Positions 53,800-61,457 of a stretch of 64,000 bases of DNA are shown piece after piece. The position numbers and the translations under genes are program-made. The notes beneath the pieces were generated by a model, which made no database searches, was not told where the DNA came from, and was given only the letters and a program-made list of their open reading frames with translations. The stretch's first letter is position 1. Each line of letters begins with the position of its first letter. The stretch comes from a virus: positions 10,508 through 74,507 of the IMG/VR virus record IMGVR_UViG_3300009285_016375, one strand, 5' to 3'.

Positions 53800-54029
53800 T
53801 GATCGGCGTCCATCGCGGCGGCGATCAGCTTGAGGTCTGCGTGGTGAATTTGCCTCGCTGCAAGTTCCTTGCGTTCCCTGGGTCTCAGGGGTCGCGGCTC
53901 GCACAGCGATCCGTCGGGGCGCACGGGGTAGGCTGTGCCCCCGTCTTCCGGTGTCACGATCGTTGCCCATTCACCACCGGCAAAGTGCGTCCATCCTTCT
54001 TTGAATGTTGGTGCGTAAAGATTTAGCAT
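53766..54029 (-). CDS. Cassette ORF, hypothetical
   Basis: ATG lies in R'' of site C; C-terminus reads into site B. Confidence 0.6.
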   Translation of the reverse strand: MLNLYAPTFKEGWTHFAGGEWATIVTPEDGGTAYPVRPDGSLCEPRPLRPRERKELAARQIHHADLKLIAAAMDADQHKDRTERRRP

Positions 54030-54116
54030 AACAAGTCGATGCAGGCAACGGCGGGTGTGGCCTGCGGTGTCAATCGTGCGTCTCAGGTCCGCCGTGCCTG
54101 ATCTCGGTCGTTAGCC
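54026..54116 (+). repeat. attC-like site C (canonical)
   Basis: GCATAAC-AAGTC-GATGCAGGCA...TGCCTGATC-TCGGTC-GTTAGCC. Confidence 0.9.
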
Positions 54117-54326
54117 GACTACCTCTTTCATGGCCTTGAGAAGCGTTGAACCTTTTCCTTCGCAGCCGTCCGCTGCCCATATTTCAACGGCGGGCTGGCC
54201 CATGTTCGGCCAGCCCTTAATTGTGACCGTTGTTCCTTCGGCGGTCTTTCCATTGCACCACGCGAAGAAGTCGGCTAACAAGGCGCTGGGAGTTGCGGGC
54301 TTCGTTGGCGCGTTTTTCTTTTTCAT
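54111..54326 (-). CDS. Cassette ORF containing a residual attC left arm
   Basis: Stop TAA lies in R' of site C; GGCTAACAAGGCGCTG at 54273 is inside the frame. Confidence 0.6.
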   Translation of the reverse strand: MKKKNAPTKPATPSALLADFFAWCNGKTAEGTTVTIKGWPNMGQPAVEIWAADGCEGKGSTLLKAMKEVVG

Positions 54327-54369
54327 AGTTTCTTATTGATCTTTCATTTTTCTCTTTCTTGCCGGGAGC

Positions 54370-54472
54370 GCCTAGTTCGGCGCTCCAGCGAACGGGAGAG
54401 AGCCGTCACGGGTTTGGGTTTTGGGTTGTCTCAACGGCGGCTCTTTCCCGTCGTTGATCTCTGTCGTTCGGC
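54370..54472 (+). repeat. attC-like site E (degenerate R'')
   Basis: GCTCCAGCGAACGGGAGAGAGCCG...CGGCTCTTTCCCGTCGTTGATC-TCTGTC-GTTCGGC. Confidence 0.75.
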
Positions 54473-54643
54473 GCCATTTGCCTTGAGTCGCTCGACATAT
54501 TTTGCCAGCGACTCATACACTTCAGCTTCGAGCACGATCCGGTTGCGCGGGTCGTCAGGGTAGCCGTTTTCAGTCGTGAGCACGAGGCCGAAGCCGTCGA
54601 AGTCCACATGCACACTGTCACCGAGGTATTGCTTGTTGTTCAT
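54431..54643 (-). CDS. Cassette ORF, conserved small phage protein
   Basis: YLGDSVHVDFDG...LTTENG...NRIVLEAEV motif; ends inside site E. Confidence 0.7.
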   Translation of the reverse strand: MNNKQYLGDSVHVDFDGFGLVLTTENGYPDDPRNRIVLEAEVYESLAKYVERLKANGAERQRSTTGKSRR

Positions 54644-54692
54644 ATCACTCTGTCGTTAGCGCATCGGTTCAAGGCCGCACTCGGCTCCACCG

Positions 54693-55061
54693 TCATAGCA
54701 TCGCGCCGGTTAGAGATTCATTCAGGCCGATTTCTTGGCGCGTGATTACTGCCGTAGCTTCATCGGCGCGACGGGTGTGCTTCCACCTTGTTTCGCAGGA
54801 CTCACACTGCGCCCAGAGTATCGCGCCCCAGTCAGAGTGCCAGGCCCGCGAGCCGCAGGTTGGGCAGGCGAACACGTGGACGCATAACAAGACGCCACGG
54901 ACTACCGTCGCTGAGCTTGGGTCGTTCTGGCGCAGAGCGGCGCGCTTGGCTGTTCGGGCGCGCACCATTGCCCGCGCTTGGGCTTTCGTGAGCTTGCGGC
55001 GGGACTTCTGACCGCCCTTGCGCCCGATGTCCGCCAGATACTTTCGTGCTTCCGGGTTCAT
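54693..55061 (-). CDS. Fusion ORF: basic GRKGG module, translated attC remnant, Zn ribbon
   Basis: IGRKGGQKSRR then QNDPSSATVVRGVLLC (attC remnant 54882-54930) then CPTC...CESC. Confidence 0.6.
   Translation of the reverse strand: MNPEARKYLADIGRKGGQKSRRKLTKAQARAMVRARTAKRAALRQNDPSSATVVRGVLLCVHVFACPTCGSRAWHSDWGAILWAQCESCETRWKHTRRADEATAVITRQEIGLNESLTGAML
54882..54930 (+). repeat. Short degenerate attC-like site inside an ORF
   Basis: GCATAAC...GTCGCTGAGC-TTGGGTC-GTTCTGG. Confidence 0.6.
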
Positions 55062-55186
55062 GCTTTGATGGCGTATTCGCCGTCAGCGCGGACTTCAAAC
55101 CAGCGGCGGACACCGCCACGTTTCACGGCGGGCGTGTAGATGGTCGCCGTCTTGTAGTAGCGGACTTCCCCGCCGAACAAGGTCAC
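55058..55186 (-). CDS. 42-aa ORF starting inside attC-like site F
   Basis: GTG at 55186 overlaps the upstream stop (GTGA); its stop overlaps the next ATG (ATGA); MTLFGGEVRYYKTATIY... Confidence 0.55.
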   Translation of the reverse strand: MTLFGGEVRYYKTATIYTPAVKRGGVRRWFEVRADGEYAIKA

Positions 55187-55264
55187 TGGAGCGGACGGCG
55201 GGGGGCCGCTTCAGGTTGATGGGGTTGCTCAGTGGCCCGCCGCCGCTGAGTTCTGTCGTTCGGC
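55172..55264 (+). repeat. attC-like site F
   Basis: GCCGAAC...ACTGGAGCGG...CCGCTGAGT-TCTGTC-GTTCGGC; left ~45 bp identical to site B. Confidence 0.85.
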
Positions 55265-55584
55265 GTCACTCGCTCCCGGCATGTTCGTTCGTCTTTACGG
55301 TCGCCACCGAACGGGATGCTGTCTTCCCAGTCCACCGCTATTTGATCGAGCTTTTGCACTTCATGCGCGCAAACTGCGGACGGGCCGCTGCCATCTGTTC
55401 CGGCACAGCGTTCCGCTTCTTCTTCCGCCAGTCGTTGGTTATCGGCAACTATCATCAACTCATACTCGACGGTTACACGCCAGAGACGTAACGCCGAACC
55501 AGGCGCTCCAGCCAATGACTGTCCCGCTGGGCGGTCGGACAATTCGGGAGTCTGGGATGGCTGAGCTGGGTCGTTCGGCGTCAC
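55183..55584 (-). CDS. Cassette ORF that reads through two attC-like sites
   Basis: N-terminal 30 aa come from site G, C-terminal 27 aa from site F; the cargo has no stop of its own. Confidence 0.6.
   Translation of the reverse strand: MTPNDPAQPSQTPELSDRPAGQSLAGAPGSALRLWRVTVEYELMIVADNQRLAEEEAERCAGTDGSGPSAVCAHEVQKLDQIAVDWEDSIPFGGDRKDERTCRERVTPNDRTQRRRATEQPHQPEAAPRRPLQ
55493..55579 (+). repeat. attC-like site G
   Basis: GCCGAAC-CAGGC-GCTCCAGCCA...TGGCTGAGC-TGGGTC-GTTCGGC. Confidence 0.88.
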
Positions 55585-55775
55585 AGTCCGTAGTCATAGC
55601 TTTCGCCGGTTTTCGGGCCGCGCGTGCAGCGCAACACGAAGGTGTAGTTTCGACCGAGCTTGCGCTCGATGTCGCGCGCTGCTGCCGAGTTGAGGAACCG
55701 CTGCGGTTGCGTCGTCTCGTGAACGAGTTGACCGCGATAGGTGATCTGCCAGTGGTTTCGCATTTTGGTTTTCAT
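55581..55775 (-). CDS. Hypothetical protein
   Basis: MKTKMRNHWQITY...; stop abuts site G. Confidence 0.55.
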   Translation of the reverse strand: MKTKMRNHWQITYRGQLVHETTQPQRFLNSAAARDIERKLGRNYTFVLRCTRGPKTGESYDYGL

Positions 55776-55855
55776 GGTTAGCTGCCTCAGTCCACCGCGT
55801 AGAGACACGCTTGGCCGGCTGGTATCGGTTCAAGGCCGCACATTTTGTCTTTGGG

Positions 55856-56194
55856 TTAGTCAGTCCTCGACCTGATGAACTGAGCCCGTGCGGCGGGCGT
55901 GTTCTCCAGGTTTTCCCGGCCCAACCAGGCGAAATAATCCGCAATGGACACCAGCACGAACTCCACTCGCGCCCCGCGCTTGCGCAACTCGCGGGCAAAC
56001 GCCTGATTGATCAGCTCCTGCTCGCGCAAGCTCAAGTCCGGCTCCTCGGACTTGAGGAAGCGGAGCGTGTCCTCGTCGTCGTAAGCGGCCACCCGCACCC
56101 GCACCCGCACCCCGGGCAATTGGTGGGGCAGGTCGAGTTGCGCGCAGATCTGCGCGGCCCGAATGCGAGCTTGTTTCCAGGTCATGTTTGTCAT
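55856..56194 (-). CDS. Hypothetical protein
   Basis: 112-aa ORF in the minus-strand operon. Confidence 0.6.
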   Translation of the reverse strand: MTNMTWKQARIRAAQICAQLDLPHQLPGVRVRVRVAAYDDEDTLRFLKSEEPDLSLREQELINQAFARELRKRGARVEFVLVSIADYFAWLGRENLENTPAARAQFIRSRTD

Positions 56195-56463
56195 TTTACC
56201 GCCGGCGCCTGCGGGAACAACCCGCCGCAGGCATTGGCCGTGAGGAACAGGCCCACCTCGACCGGCAACCCCACAAACCCCATCACGCCCGAGGGATCCT
56301 CGGGCTGATGGACATGGACCGTCAAGTTCCCGTCAGCCACCAGGCTGCAGGCGCCGGCCAGGTCGTAACCGTGCCGGGCGCTTGCGTCCCGGATTTTCGC
56401 GGCCAGGTTGTGGGCCGCCACGGCAAAATCCCGTTGCTCGGCGCTCAGCTCGATCTCTTCCAT
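56191..56463 (-). CDS. Hypothetical protein
   Basis: MEEIELSAEQ... preceded by AAAGAAGAA; ATGA overlap downstream; start uncertain. Confidence 0.5.
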   Translation of the reverse strand: MEEIELSAEQRDFAVAAHNLAAKIRDASARHGYDLAGACSLVADGNLTVHVHQPEDPSGVMGFVGLPVEVGLFLTANACGGLFPQAPAVK

Positions 56464-56584
56464 CAACCGTTCTTCTTTGCACATACCTTTATGTTTCTCT
56501 TGCGACTTTCCGGGTCGCGTCCGGGGCAGCTTCATTGCTCCGTTGGACCGCCGCACATTGCGGCGGCCCCGTCGGAAAAATGAG

Positions 56585-57091
56585 TCAGGAAAGGGGCCGC
56601 GCTCCGACGAGCGCGGAAAACTTGTCACTGCGCCAGCCGTCTGGCTGGCCCCGGCTGCAATCGCCGGCATTTTCGCCGGGGCCCAGGAACACGACCCGCT
56701 CGGCGCCCGCCCGGCGGCAGTGCGCCGCGGCTGTCTCGGGTGTAGGCCAGGAGCCAGGCAGGGTGCGGGTGCCCCCGTGAATGTCGAGCGCGCACGTGAA
56801 CCGCCCGTTCTCCGCGCGCACCACAGCGATGCGCCCATAAACCCAGCGATGCTCGGGGGGCGGCGCGAAAAGGGCATCCGCCAGCAGCGGCCCCAGTTCG
56901 GGCAGCCGGCGCGCCAGGAACTCGGTCGGGTCCGGCACGTGTTGCGCCAGCCAGGCCGTCAATTCGGGCAGTTTTTGGGCCAGCGTACTGGCCCGGCTCT
57001 GCCAGCGATTCGCCCGGCCTGGCCCGGCCCAGAACGTGACGTGCAACAGCCGGCCCGACGGCGCTCGTGTCGATGCGACCTTGACGCTCAT
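56585..57091 (-). CDS. Hypothetical protein
   Basis: ATGA-coupled to the VWA gene. Confidence 0.55.
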   Translation of the reverse strand: MSVKVASTRAPSGRLLHVTFWAGPGRANRWQSRASTLAQKLPELTAWLAQHVPDPTEFLARRLPELGPLLADALFAPPPEHRWVYGRIAVVRAENGRFTCALDIHGGTRTLPGSWPTPETAAAHCRRAGAERVVFLGPGENAGDCSRGQPDGWRSDKFSALVGARPLS

Positions 57092-58347
57092 GCGGCCTCC
57101 TCGATTTTGACCGTGCGCCCGAACGGCGCCCGGCGGTCGCTAGTGGTCACCCAGAGCACCGGGTAACCCGGCTCCTCAGCCGGGAACTCCCCGTCCAAAT
57201 CCGTCAGGTACACCAGACAGACCGGCGGCACCGCCTTCTCCGCCAACAACCCGAACACCGGCCTGAAATCCGTTCCGCCGCCGCCCGTCGCCTGCCGCTC
57301 AATCGCGTCGCCCGGGCAGTACTCGCGCACCTGCTGCACGACCGCGTCGCAGCAGATGTCCACGAGTGCCTCGGGCTGGAGCTCGTCCAGGCACCACTGC
57401 TGCTCCGCGCGGAACGCGGCCAACAAGTGCTCGCCGATGCTGCCGGACGTGTCCACGGCGAACACGATCCGCCCCGCCCGCTCCGAATGGAGCGCGGGCA
57501 GAATGAATTCCGCGTCCGCGTAGCGCGTGTTCGGCCGGCACCAGGACCAATCGTCCTGGGCGCGCTCCCGGAGGAAATCCCGGAGCACCGCGCGCCAGTC
57601 CACCCTGGGCCGGGTCAACTCGCGGACCAACCGCACCAGGCTGGCTGGCACATGCCCGCGGCCCTTGGCCAGTTCGGCCGCCTGCTGGGCGGCCTGCGCC
57701 CACTCCTGCCGGAGCTGCTCCGCCTCGGCCTGGCCGTCCTGGCTGGGCTGCTCCATCTCACCCGGGGAGGGCTGGCCATCGCCGGGCTGATCGCCCGCGA
57801 CCGGATCGGCCTGAGCCGACTGAGCCGACTGATTACCGGCCCCCGCGCCGGCCTCCCCGCTCTCACCGTCGCCGTCGCCGCTGTCTTCAGCCGGCGGCGG
57901 CACCTCGGCCAGGAGCGTGCGGTAAATGGCCTCGACCGCGAGGCCCTTAAACCGGGCCTCAACCGGCTCCGCGCCGGGCGCGGCGGGAAACGTCTCGGCG
58001 CCGGCCTCCTCGAGGATCGCGCGCGCCTCCTGGTCACAGGCCCGGTTCCAGACCCGCCAATCCGCGGCGGCCGGGGCGCGCCAGATGTGCCCGAGTCCCA
58101 TGTGGAGGACCTGCTCACAGAGCACGGATGTGATCTGTGCGTCGCTCAGCGACGCGCAATACTCCGGGTTGACCCGCAGGTCAACCCCATCCGAGGAGAA
58201 TGTCTCCACGGCGGGTGACTCCGACACTGTGAGCCGGAGTGCCAGGCAGGCGAAAAACGGCTCGAACCGGACCAGCCGGCTGAGCTGGCGCTCGATCCGA
58301 ACCACCTGACTGGTGGCCGGGGTCGGCTTGAGGAGGGGTGCATTCAT
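57088..58347 (-). CDS. Metallopeptidase-like plus VWA-like protein (DUF2201 type)
   Basis: EPFFACLA, SDG.DL..NP, EQVLH (degenerate HExxH), WNRACD, VDWR..LR, AVDTSGSI, GGGGTDFRPVF, YLTDL. Confidence 0.88.
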   Translation of the reverse strand: MNAPLLKPTPATSQVVRIERQLSRLVRFEPFFACLALRLTVSESPAVETFSSDGVDLRVNPEYCASLSDAQITSVLCEQVLHMGLGHIWRAPAAADWRVWNRACDQEARAILEEAGAETFPAAPGAEPVEARFKGLAVEAIYRTLLAEVPPPAEDSGDGDGESGEAGAGAGNQSAQSAQADPVAGDQPGDGQPSPGEMEQPSQDGQAEAEQLRQEWAQAAQQAAELAKGRGHVPASLVRLVRELTRPRVDWRAVLRDFLRERAQDDWSWCRPNTRYADAEFILPALHSERAGRIVFAVDTSGSIGEHLLAAFRAEQQWCLDELQPEALVDICCDAVVQQVREYCPGDAIERQATGGGGTDFRPVFGLLAEKAVPPVCLVYLTDLDGEFPAEEPGYPVLWVTTSDRRAPFGRTVKIEEAA

Positions 58348-58673
58348 GCGGCCACCTCCGTGAGCGCTGCCGCGACCAGCTTCGCCTGGTCGCGTTCCGA
58401 GAGAACTATCTCGGAATTTCGGCTGGTGTGGATCACCACACAGCCGGCGGCCGTCTGCCGGACGGCCGGGTCGGACCAGCGCCGCGGCGGATACCCGTTC
58501 CATTGTCCCTTGCGGTTTTTCACCCACTCCATCTGATCAATGGCGTGGTCAGCCCCGACGGCCCACTCCGCGTGCGCGGAGATGTAGCAGCTCCGCACAG
58601 CCTGGTGGTACTGCTCCGCCAGCCGGAGCAGCTCCATGTCCGCCATCGGCGGGAAAATAGCGGGGGTGCTCAC
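58344..58673 (-). CDS. Hypothetical protein
   Basis: GTGA/ATGA overlaps with both neighbours. Confidence 0.6.
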   Translation of the reverse strand: MSTPAIFPPMADMELLRLAEQYHQAVRSCYISAHAEWAVGADHAIDQMEWVKNRKGQWNGYPPRRWSDPAVRQTAAGCVVIHTSRNSEIVLSERDQAKLVAAALTEVAA

Positions 58674-59659
58674 AGGATCTCCTTTCCCTCGGCGCTGGCC
58701 CAACGGATGAAGCCCGCGCTGCGGGCGATGGATTTGTCGCGCCGCAGCGCGTCGCGCACGGCGAGCACGCGGAACGGCTGGGGCATCCGCCCCAGATAGC
58801 GGAGCGCAGAGTCAATGCTCTGCGCGTCCATCCGGGCACCGAGCCCGGTGGCCATGAGGTAGCGGAGCGACGGTTTCTCCGGGACGGCGGTGCCGTCCGG
58901 ATCGAGCAGGGCCGCGTCGATTGACGGCGCGGAGTCGGCCAACTCGAGGTAGCCGATCAACTCCGTCGCCGCGCCCTGGCCCACGGCCCCGGCGATCAGC
59001 TCGAAGTCGCGGACCCCTCGCGCCAGGCGCCGCCCGACCGACGCCCACGTCCGCGGGCAGGGGGAATTGGTGAGATCCCGAGTCGGGGTGAACGCGCTGA
59101 GCAGTTCCGGGCGATCCCGGAGGAAGGCGACCAGGACCGCCGGCATGTTGCCGGGGCCCAGGGCCCACTCGGACCAATCGTCGATGTGGGTCTCCAGCCG
59201 GACGATGCTGTCCCAGCGCGATTTGACCGGCTCGATCAGGCCGGTCACACCCGCCTGTTGCCGGGCGTCGTTCGTCGCGCCAACAAACGTCACTTGCTCG
59301 GGGAGCACGTGCCCATTGATCCGCCGGCCCAACAGGAGCTGCATGAGCCCCTTCTGAACGCTCTCGGATGCCTGCCCGAGATCGTCCACGAACCAGACCG
59401 TCGGGCGCGTGGATGTGATGGCGTACCAGGTATCCCCGAACGGGAGGAAGGTCGCGTGGTCCCCGTCGCGCGCCGGGAACCCCTTGAAATCCGTCGGGTC
59501 AGCCACCGCAGGGTGGCTGACGATCAGGTCTGCACCGATGTCGGTGCAGACCGACCGGATGATGGCGGTCTTGCCGATTCCCGGCTGACCGACCACCAGG
59601 ATTTGCTCCTGGTGGGAGATGGCGTCCGCCAGGACGCCGGCCAGGGCGGCGGGTCTCAC
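58670..59659 (-). CDS. MoxR-like AAA+ ATPase
   Basis: GQPGIGKT, DPTDFKGFP, WFVDDL, GATN, PCPRTW. Confidence 0.9.
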   Translation of the reverse strand: MRPAALAGVLADAISHQEQILVVGQPGIGKTAIIRSVCTDIGADLIVSHPAVADPTDFKGFPARDGDHATFLPFGDTWYAITSTRPTVWFVDDLGQASESVQKGLMQLLLGRRINGHVLPEQVTFVGATNDARQQAGVTGLIEPVKSRWDSIVRLETHIDDWSEWALGPGNMPAVLVAFLRDRPELLSAFTPTRDLTNSPCPRTWASVGRRLARGVRDFELIAGAVGQGAATELIGYLELADSAPSIDAALLDPDGTAVPEKPSLRYLMATGLGARMDAQSIDSALRYLGRMPQPFRVLAVRDALRRDKSIARSAGFIRWASAEGKEIL

Positions 59660-59772
59660 GAGGTCACCGCCTTCCGGCTAGGAGTTGTTGTTGTTGTCTT
59701 CATGCGTTTTGTTTTTCGTGGGCCGTTCGCGTTGGCCCGTTTTTTGGGTTTTGGTCGCTTGGTCGAGCGGCG

Positions 59773-59970
59773 TCATGCTCGCTCGACACCATTTACGTCG
59801 GACCATCCGCTACCATCGAACGCCTCGCCGGGCGGCACGACTACGGCACGCCGGCCCTTCTTCCGCTCTTTTGCGGCTGCGCGATTGGCGGCGGATTCGG
59901 ACGAGTAGGACGAGTCCACATCGTTTCCCACTATCAGACTGTAACGGTCATTGTTTATGAGTGTTGCCAT
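59773..59970 (-). CDS. Hypothetical protein
   Basis: 65 aa with AAAGGGAAAT RBS right after site H. Confidence 0.6.
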   Translation of the reverse strand: MATLINNDRYSLIVGNDVDSSYSSESAANRAAAKERKKGRRAVVVPPGEAFDGSGWSDVNGVERA

Positions 59971-59989
59971 ATTTCCCTTTCTGCCGGAC

Positions 59990-60063
59990 GCCGAACAGGC
60001 GCCCCAGCGACGGGGACATGCCGTTCAGCGGCATGTCCCCGTCGCTGAGCTTGGTCGTTCGAG
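59990..60063 (+). repeat. attC-like site H
   Basis: GCCGAAC, perfect 19-bp stem CAGCGACGGGGACATGCCG/CGGCATGTCCCCGTCGCTG, then AGC-TTGGTC-GTTCGAG. Confidence 0.85.
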
Positions 60064-60330
60064 CGTCATATCAGGCTTCACCCGTCGAGTGCCGAACAGC
60101 CTCTCCATCTCACCGATGTCCTCCTCAGCCTCAAGCTTTGCGAGCACGGCGCGATTTTCCTGCTCGTGTCCAGCGATCAACAGGATTTCCCTAAAGTTTG
60201 ACCGGGCGACCTCTCCATTTATGCCGTCCTTGAAATTTGCGGCGCACCACAAACATCCCGGCCCACAGGCTGCATATTCCGACAGCCTCAGCCGTCCACC
60301 GCACCACACGCATGAGTTTGTTCTGGTCAT
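60025..60330 (-). CDS. Cassette ORF with Zn-finger-like cysteines
   Basis: MTRTNSCVWC...CLWC; C-terminus reads into site H. Confidence 0.5.
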   Translation of the reverse strand: MTRTNSCVWCGGRLRLSEYAACGPGCLWCAANFKDGINGEVARSNFREILLIAGHEQENRAVLAKLEAEEDIGEMERLFGTRRVKPDMTLERPSSATGTCR

Positions 60331-60349
60331 GTTGACTTTCTTCCGGGAC

Positions 60350-60475
60350 GCCGAACCAGGTCGCTGCACCGAACAGCCGACCCGCTCTGCGATTCACGGT
60401 CTTTGGTTCATTGGTTGTTTTGTTTGCGCTCACCGCTCGCCGCCGGTCGGCTGTCGGTGAGCTTCATCGTTCGGC
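60350..60475 (+). repeat. attC-like site I
   Basis: GCCGAAC...GCTGCACCGAACAGCCGACC...GGTCGGCTGTCGGTGAGC-TTCATC-GTTCGGC. Confidence 0.88.
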
Positions 60476-60476
60476 G

Positions 60477-60647
60477 TCAATGCAGCACGCGGACCACAAG
60501 GCGGCCGTCCTCTGTGCGGATTGTGACGGGTTGCGGATTTGGCAACCCATCGGGGTCATTGGTCTGCTTGACGTACGCAATCGCGTCCTCGTCACAGGAG
60601 GCTTCGATTTTGGCAGTGCTGTTCGGGTATTCCAGGTTATATGTCAT
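60477..60647 (-). CDS. 56-aa cassette ORF (below the ORF-track cutoff)
   Basis: MTYNLEYPNSTAKIEASCDEDAIAYV...; stop abuts site I; purine-rich RBS region. Confidence 0.6.
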   Translation of the reverse strand: MTYNLEYPNSTAKIEASCDEDAIAYVKQTNDPDGLPNPQPVTIRTEDGRLVVRVLH

Positions 60648-60666
60648 TTGCGTTTTTCTTTCCCCC

Positions 60667-60704
60667 GCCGAACCAGGCGCCCCAGCGACGGGAGAGAGCC
60701 GTCA
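60667..60704 (+). repeat. attC-like left half-site J
   Basis: GCCGAAC-CAGGC-GCCCCAGCGACGGGAGAGAGCCGTCA, shared with sites E and H; right arm missing. Confidence 0.7.
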
Positions 60705-60977
60705 CATGACCCCGATCACACGGGCAGCCGGATCGAGTCCGACATCACGGCAATCCCGGAAACCTGGCCAGTCCGCCACTGTGCCTATTTCGACGATCCG
60801 CCACTCGCCAGGATGCTGCCGCCGGACCTGACGGAGTATCGCCTCGGCGCATGCCCGATTGGTTGTGGCCCATGATTGCTGGGTGTTGCCGTCGCGATTC
60901 GAGAACTCGCCGTCTTCGCAGAGTTCCCGGTCGCTGGCGAAATCCTGAATACCGTAAATAGGTTGTGTCGTTTTCAT
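60702..60977 (-). CDS. Hypothetical protein
   Basis: 91-aa ORF ending at half-site J. Confidence 0.6.
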   Translation of the reverse strand: MKTTQPIYGIQDFASDRELCEDGEFSNRDGNTQQSWATTNRACAEAILRQVRRQHPGEWRIVEIGTVADWPGFRDCRDVGLDPAARVIGVM

Positions 60978-60985
60978 TTTTTGCC

Positions 60986-61009
60986 GTCCGGCGCCAAAAG
61001 GCGCCGGAC
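60986..61009. other. Perfect 10-bp hairpin between genes
   Basis: GTCCGGCGCC-AAAA-GGCGCCGGAC. Confidence 0.6.
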
Positions 61010-61013
61010 AATA

Positions 61014-61457
61014 TCAGTGCGCCACGAGCTTCACCGCATTCTCCCGCTCCATCCCGCCGTTGACCAGCGCCAGCACGATCCGCTCCCGCTCCGCTTCCAC
61101 CGCCACCGCCACACCCGCCCGTCTCGCCCGAGGCTCCGATACGGGTGCCTCCGAAGGCAGCGGCCGAACAGTGAAGGTGTAGCTCCCGCTCTGGGAGCGC
61201 GCAACCCGCAAACACCGATGCCCGTTGCTCGTCAACCCCGTGTAGAGCATGTTGGCCGCCTGGCCAAATTCAGTCGCCATCTCGCGCCAGCGGCGCTTCG
61301 CTTCCGCGTTCGTCAGCCCAAACGCTCGCCGCATCTCATGCCGAGACGCGAAGGCCGTCACAACCCGGCCCGTCGTTGGGTTCGAGCGCGCAACCAACAT
61401 CCTGGAATCCATCGGTGTTGAAGGGCTGAATGTCACCAAACTCGTAGTCGTATTCAT
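61014..61457 (-). CDS. Hypothetical protein, first gene of the leftward run
   Basis: MNTTTSLVTF... preceded by GAAAGGA. Confidence 0.55.
   Translation of the reverse strand: MNTTTSLVTFSPSTPMDSRMLVARSNPTTGRVVTAFASRHEMRRAFGLTNAEAKRRWREMATEFGQAANMLYTGLTSNGHRCLRVARSQSGSYTFTVRPLPSEAPVSEPRARRAGVAVAVEAERERIVLALVNGGMERENAVKLVAH

Noticed and set aside
55049-55061. Possible self-targeting of spacer 50721-50756 to the start of ORF 54693-55061 (ATGAACCC.GAAG)
   Set aside because: Only 12 of 13 nt match, with mismatches on both sides; plausible by chance in 64 kb
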